DNA from: Bifidobacterium breve
GTDB taxonomy: Bacteria; Actinomycetota; Acidimicrobiia; Acidimicrobiales; Acidimicrobilacustridaceae
Direction: 5' to 3'
Length of the DNA stretch: 64,000 nucleotides
Assembly: GCA_945878645.1 (NCBI GenBank)
Contig: CAMCTW010000001.1
Span: 4,778-68,777, forward strand
Below, piece after piece: positions 60,033-64,000 of the stretch (positions within the stretch are counted from its first letter, which is position 1; each line of letters opens with the position of its first letter). The notes under the pieces are model-generated. The model was not told the origin of the DNA. It was given only the letters and a program-made list of their open reading frames with translations, and made no database searches. Both the position numbers and the translations under genes were made by a program.

Positions 60033-60950
60033 ATGGAACAGACGTTCCGCCAAGGAGCAGATTCCCCTGGCAACTGGGATCTTGTTCGTGACTATTTGGA
60101 TTGGTGCGCCGACGTGCGCCACCGTTCGCTCACAACGGTCAAGACTTACGCCGACTGTCTCGGTGCCTGGCTAAAGCACATCGGAACTTCAGACATCCGC
60201 ACGATTAGCCGATCTGAAATGGAATCATTTGTGACTCGTGTCCGAGTTCGCCGAGGTCATGGGCTCATCGGCAAACCCGCCACACAACGCAAAGACGTGG
60301 CTGCATTAAGGGCCTTCTACAAATGGCTCGAAGAAGAAGCTGAGGTTCACGTATCGCCAGCACGCGCGCTCCACGGGCCTGTCGTGCACAACGTGAATCC
60401 AAAACCAATTCCAGACAATGACTGGGCCGAACTGTGGGACTCAGAAATGAGTCCGCAGTTACGCTCAGCACTCGGACTTGGCTTCTTCTGTGGACTTAGA
60501 CGACAAGAAATCTTCTCTCTCACATCAGCACAAATAACTGTTTCCAAGGTCAGTGACATGACTAGAAAAGGCGGCGGCAAACACACGCTCCCGTGGCGCG
60601 AGATGTACGAGATTCTCGTCGAATGGAATCCTGCACTCGATCACCAAGGACGATTCCCTGAGGCCCTCAGGGTCGCCTCTAGGGCGTCTCAAGGGCTACT
60701 GCTTGCACCATGGCCCACTGATCCTCAAACACTTAATAAGCGAATGCTGAAGTTGTGTCAGTCAATCAATTCAAAGTCATACACACCGCATCAGTTACGC
60801 CACAGCGCTGCCACGAACTTGCTACGAGCAGGTGTTCCCTTGCACATGGTGTCGGCGCTGCTGAACCACAGCAGCCCAACGATCACTATGCGCTACGTAA
60901 AAGCGACGGGCGACGAACTCGCAGAATGGAGACGACAGCGGGGACTGTGA
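60033..60950 (+). CDS. Tyrosine recombinase/integrase
   Basis: SAM-like N-terminus (TVKTY), GLRRQE, RKGG, PHQLRHSAAT, LLNHSS, TMRY. Confidence 0.93.
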   Translation: MEQTFRQGADSPGNWDLVRDYLDWCADVRHRSLTTVKTYADCLGAWLKHIGTSDIRTISRSEMESFVTRVRVRRGHGLIGKPATQRKDVAALRAFYKWLEEEAEVHVSPARALHGPVVHNVNPKPIPDNDWAELWDSEMSPQLRSALGLGFFCGLRRQEIFSLTSAQITVSKVSDMTRKGGGKHTLPWREMYEILVEWNPALDHQGRFPEALRVASRASQGLLLAPWPTDPQTLNKRMLKLCQSINSKSYTPHQLRHSAATNLLRAGVPLHMVSALLNHSSPTITMRYVKATGDELAEWRRQRGL

Positions 60951-61015
60951 ACCAACTAAGTTTCATAAAAGGCGTGTAAGTAACTCATGGTTGAAATTCC
61001 AAGGCGGGAGCCCAA

Positions 61016-61348
61016 TTGAGCAATCACTATCGATCCACCGATGACTGGCGTGGGATCCATTACACGACCTATCTGCTTCTTCGAGTTTTGGAACTGATCT
61101 TCTGGACTCTGGGAGCAATCGGCATTGTGGCTGCAATCGTCGCTGCGATGCAGACCGAGAAATTATCTGGCTCTTTGTACAAGACGTCACACCCACACCT
61201 CGAGTGGGGTATTTCAGCAGCGATTACAACATTGATTGTCACGCTCATTCTTGTCATCGGCACGCGATTGCTCGCAGCGTTTACTCTTCGCCGATCAATC
61301 GAAGGATTCGAAGAGCTGTTTGAAGCCGAGGACGACAGTGTCGACTAG
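61016..61348 (+). CDS. Two-TM hypothetical membrane protein
   Basis: TTG start after GGGAG; two hydrophobic helices and an acidic tail. Confidence 0.65.
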   Translation: MSNHYRSTDDWRGIHYTTYLLLRVLELIFWTLGAIGIVAAIVAAMQTEKLSGSLYKTSHPHLEWGISAAITTLIVTLILVIGTRLLAAFTLRRSIEGFEELFEAEDDSVD

Positions 61349-61925
61349 CGATCAAACATTCGTCTACTGCACCTCCTGCGGAACTCAGATCTCAGAGAGT
61401 TGGAAGTTCTGCCGCAAATGCGGAAACAGCGCTGCAACGCTCCCTCCAACCCCGATTTATAAATCGACGACTGTTCCGACACCAAAGACCACCCCCACAA
61501 GCACATCAAAGTCCACCAGTACTTCGGGAAAAATTGACCGCCGCATCGCTTTCCAATGTTCACTTCGATGGGCAATCGTCAGCGGACTAGCTGTCTGGCT
61601 TGTCTGGGGTCTCTTCACACCGATCAAAGCGACAGTTCAATCCCGCATAGGGACAAGCTTTTCGACTTCAAAGATCGTCACAAAAGAAGTCAATTGCTCC
61701 AATGTTTTTGGAATGGCTACAAATTCCTCCGAGTGGCGCGCAGTGACGGTCACCGAATCTGAAGAATGCGCAAGATTGGCGAAGTTGACCTTTTTCCTGG
61801 ATGGTGGACTTATTGGGCTCATTTGGGGAGCCGTAGAACTCGGGATCCTCTATCTAATTAATCGGAATCGAATCGTGAAAACGAAATCACTTTGGCGTCC
61901 CTACATCAATGAATCGTTCTTCTAG
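61338..61925 (+). CDS. Zinc-ribbon membrane protein
   Basis: YCTSCG...KFCRKCG, T/P/S-rich linker, two TM flanking a loop with two Cys; GTG start overlapping the upstream stop region. Confidence 0.75.
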   Translation: MSTSDQTFVYCTSCGTQISESWKFCRKCGNSAATLPPTPIYKSTTVPTPKTTPTSTSKSTSTSGKIDRRIAFQCSLRWAIVSGLAVWLVWGLFTPIKATVQSRIGTSFSTSKIVTKEVNCSNVFGMATNSSEWRAVTVTESEECARLAKLTFFLDGGLIGLIWGAVELGILYLINRNRIVKTKSLWRPYINESFF

Positions 61926-62143
61926 TTACTTGCCGAATGCCCGCGTAACGGGCAGGTGCGTCAGAAAACCTCACGCATTGTCCCTCGTTCATTTAAAAAT
62001 AAGTGGAACCGCCCACCCCCGCCTATCCCCCCATGAGGGGGAGTGATTAGGCGGACAATGACCAACGGAAACGACACAACGCTAATTTGTAGACGACGTG
62101 GAAGGGAACAGAACCAACGTTCTGTTCCAATCATGCGCGCTAA

Positions 62144-63064
62144 TCACGCTGTGTTTGGACGGTGGTATTCAAAACCGTTTGGTACTTGCACAATCAAGGT
62201 GATCCCGATTGCGTCAAGAAGCGAAATCAAGTCGTCGGAAGGAGGAAATGGCACCAAGACTGCGGGTGAGTATTCGTGTCCGTGCTGTGAAAGTAGATGT
62301 TGGTAGTCCAACACCTGTCCGATAGCTGTTCGCACATAGCCGCGTGCCCCAGAGACTTTTGCTTCGATAACAAGGCGCTCGGTTTCATCAATTAAGTCAG
62401 GTTCGAGAATTACTGAGGACCCTGGAATAGGGATCTGAATCCTGCGAACAAGATTGCCCTTACCGCGCAGCCAAACACCGAAATCAGCTTGAAGTCGGTG
62501 TTCCTCTCGAACCGATCGACCACCCGCAGAGGCAGATCGCTCAAACCCATCGCTTGAAGGAGGAGTCCATTCGTCAACCGAAACTGCTCGATGCGAGTGT
62601 GTTGAATCTGCATTGTCATCGACACTTTCGAGCGGGATAAAGGTAAAGACCACAACATCTCGGTCATCGCCGTTCACATCAGGCGCGCGGTCCCAGCGGT
62701 ATGGCGTATCGGCGAGGATCACACAACCCAGGTATCGATGCAGCGCAGAATCAGGCGCTGTTTCACTGAAAAGGTGGATTGGTTTTCCACTCTTGTTCGC
62801 TTCGAGTAGGGACTTGTTATTGCCTTTCTCGATCGATTGGTTTCCTGTCGTTCCCTGACCCGTATAGGAGAAAGTCCCATCAGGGTTCCAACCCTCCCAC
62901 TTATCGAGCCCGTACCGCTCTCCACCGCTACTGGTGAAAACAAGGAATTCGCTTCCGTTCCGACACGAAGTGATCCCACCTTGGCGACTGCCCTTTACCG
63001 TGTCACAAACGTCCTTTCTCGAAACTTCATCACCGAGCATTGGGGGCCATGGGATTGTGGACAT
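62144..63064 (-). CDS. SRA-like domain + PD-(D/E)XK nuclease (putative modification-dependent restriction endonuclease)
   Basis: QGGI...Y...GW..DGTFSYTGQG..GNQ...N..L......PIHLF N-terminus; PDL......IEAK...AIGQVLDY C-terminus. Confidence 0.72.
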   Translation of the reverse strand: MSTIPWPPMLGDEVSRKDVCDTVKGSRQGGITSCRNGSEFLVFTSSGGERYGLDKWEGWNPDGTFSYTGQGTTGNQSIEKGNNKSLLEANKSGKPIHLFSETAPDSALHRYLGCVILADTPYRWDRAPDVNGDDRDVVVFTFIPLESVDDNADSTHSHRAVSVDEWTPPSSDGFERSASAGGRSVREEHRLQADFGVWLRGKGNLVRRIQIPIPGSSVILEPDLIDETERLVIEAKVSGARGYVRTAIGQVLDYQHLLSQHGHEYSPAVLVPFPPSDDLISLLDAIGITLIVQVPNGFEYHRPNTA

Positions 63065-63156
63065 GAGATCAAAATTCCTTTATTTCCGCATTAGCGGCCA
63101 GCGAGTCAAAATCGGGATTTGGAAGGACCGTGACAAAAAGAACCGAGGTTTTGGCC

Positions 63157-64000
63157 CTATTGACGCTTGCTTCCCGATGTGGCGGTCTCGGTGAGCATCT
63201 CCATGAACTCACGTTCATCGATGATTTCTATTGCATGACCACTAGCCATCAGTTCGGCGGCCTTAGCGGCTTTCCCAGTGTGGAAGGACGACGGGTCGTC
63301 GCCTGAGAATCCATCTCCGATCACGAGCATCGATACTTTCTTACTGATTCCTGATTTCACAACCGCGCCGAGCGACGCTGCTGCGTCGTAGGCATCCTGT
63401 CGGGGCATCATCAATGCTCCAGTGAAAACGATGCTTTGGCCAAATAGTGGATGATCTGGATCCGCTTCAGCTGAAGCAGCGGAGATGACTGGCTTTCCCC
63501 AGTTCCCTTCCCCGTTCGATTCTCTCTTGCAGCCAAACCAGTAATCGTTGCTAAGTCGTCCGAGACTCACACCACAAGCAGCTGCTAATCCATCAAGCGT
63601 TGCGACCTGACTTCGTTTGCCTAATTCCAAAACGATCTGCGCTGACGCCAGGGCGTCACTGGCAGCGTCGTGATGATTGGCGAAATCAATCCCTAATTCA
63701 TCGCATACGTATGGCAATCGATAACTCAACATCGAAAGCATGCGTCGGGAAAACACCAGCGAGCAGCCGTAGGTCAGAGTCGGCCAAGCTAAATCCGCAG
63801 CGTCACAGGCTTCTCGTATAGCCCTGATATCGAACGAAGCATTGTGGGCAACAACTGGTCGGTCACCAATGGCTTCAATCACCGCACCCATGAGTTCTGA
63901 AAATGGGGGTGCGTCAACTACGTCATCTGGTTTGATCCCGTGCAGGTGAACGTTGAAGCTTTCGAAGTAGTCGAAAGGTGAGGGAGGTCGTGTCAGTAGT
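63157..64000 (-). CDS. DnaQ-like DEDDh exonuclease + BRCT domain protein; 5' end beyond the window
   Basis: Frame is open to the window edge (FNVHLHGIKPDDVVDAP); VAHNASFD, HHDAASDA; BRCT-like IVFTGAL...GISKKVSMLVIG...IIDEREF. Confidence 0.88.
   Translation of the reverse strand, partial: LLTRPPSPFDYFESFNVHLHGIKPDDVVDAPPFSELMGAVIEAIGDRPVVAHNASFDIRAIREACDAADLAWPTLTYGCSLVFSRRMLSMLSYRLPYVCDELGIDFANHHDAASDALASAQIVLELGKRSQVATLDGLAAACGVSLGRLSNDYWFGCKRESNGEGNWGKPVISAASAEADPDHPLFGQSIVFTGALMMPRQDAYDAAASLGAVVKSGISKKVSMLVIGDGFSGDDPSSFHTGKAAKAAELMASGHAIEIIDEREFMEMLTETATSGSKRQ

Larger units (their letters stand above)
59996..64000. mobile_element. Left part of a putative integrative element / genomic island at tRNA-Gly
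   Basis: Tyrosine recombinase begins 37 nt after the tRNA; sequence is visibly more AT-rich; cargo is defence-like or orphan; other boundary not in the window. Confidence 0.75.

Noticed and set aside
62043-62306. 87-aa plus-strand ORF in the island
   Set aside because: Overlaps the nuclease gene antisense and the hairpin region; no recognisable features.
59996-64000. Second att site (tRNA-Gly 3' repeat), or phage structural and conjugation genes
   Set aside because: None seen within the window, so the element type and right boundary cannot be assigned.
1-64000. CRISPR array, rRNA, IS transposase, reverse transcriptase/retron/DGR
   Set aside because: No regularly spaced repeats, rRNA-like stretches, DDE or RT motifs were seen by eye; short or degenerate repeats could have been missed without computation.

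Overview
Core-chromosome region of a high-GC actinobacterium, most consistent with class Acidimicrobiia (inferred from GlnR, WhiB7, HspR, ClpS+DUF2017, an F420-type LLM enzyme and many apparently leaderless genes). From left to right it carries: divergent glnA1/glnA2-glnR with a GlnR-box-like array; cspA; ridA; a shrunken 2Fe-2S/molybdo-hydroxylase fusion; erpA and mrp; a thioesterase; whiB7 with a uORF-terminator attenuator; TlpA/ccdA; pdxH; twin fluC; serS; an ABC-2 pair; and a caa3-type cytochrome c oxidase cluster with ctaA/ctaB. Further right are clpS, tRNA-Glu/Asp/Phe, malic enzyme, pyrE, a large pur cluster, ubiA, the dnaK-grpE-dnaJ-hspR operon, gpmA, a FadF-like Fe-S enzyme, dcd, an MFS pump and a CoA-catabolic trio. 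At about 60 kb a tRNA-Gly(CCC)-anchored island begins with a tyrosine recombinase, an SRA + PD-(D/E)XK nuclease and a DnaQ-BRCT protein. The most striking observation is a three-gene module inside the oxidase cluster. It encodes an intact, near full-length subunit I paralog that has lost all six metal-ligand histidines and the D-channel acids, plus a degenerate subunit III and an unknown membrane protein, i.e. a candidate cofactor-free 'pseudo-oxidase'. All calls come from motif recognition by eye; no database searches were run.
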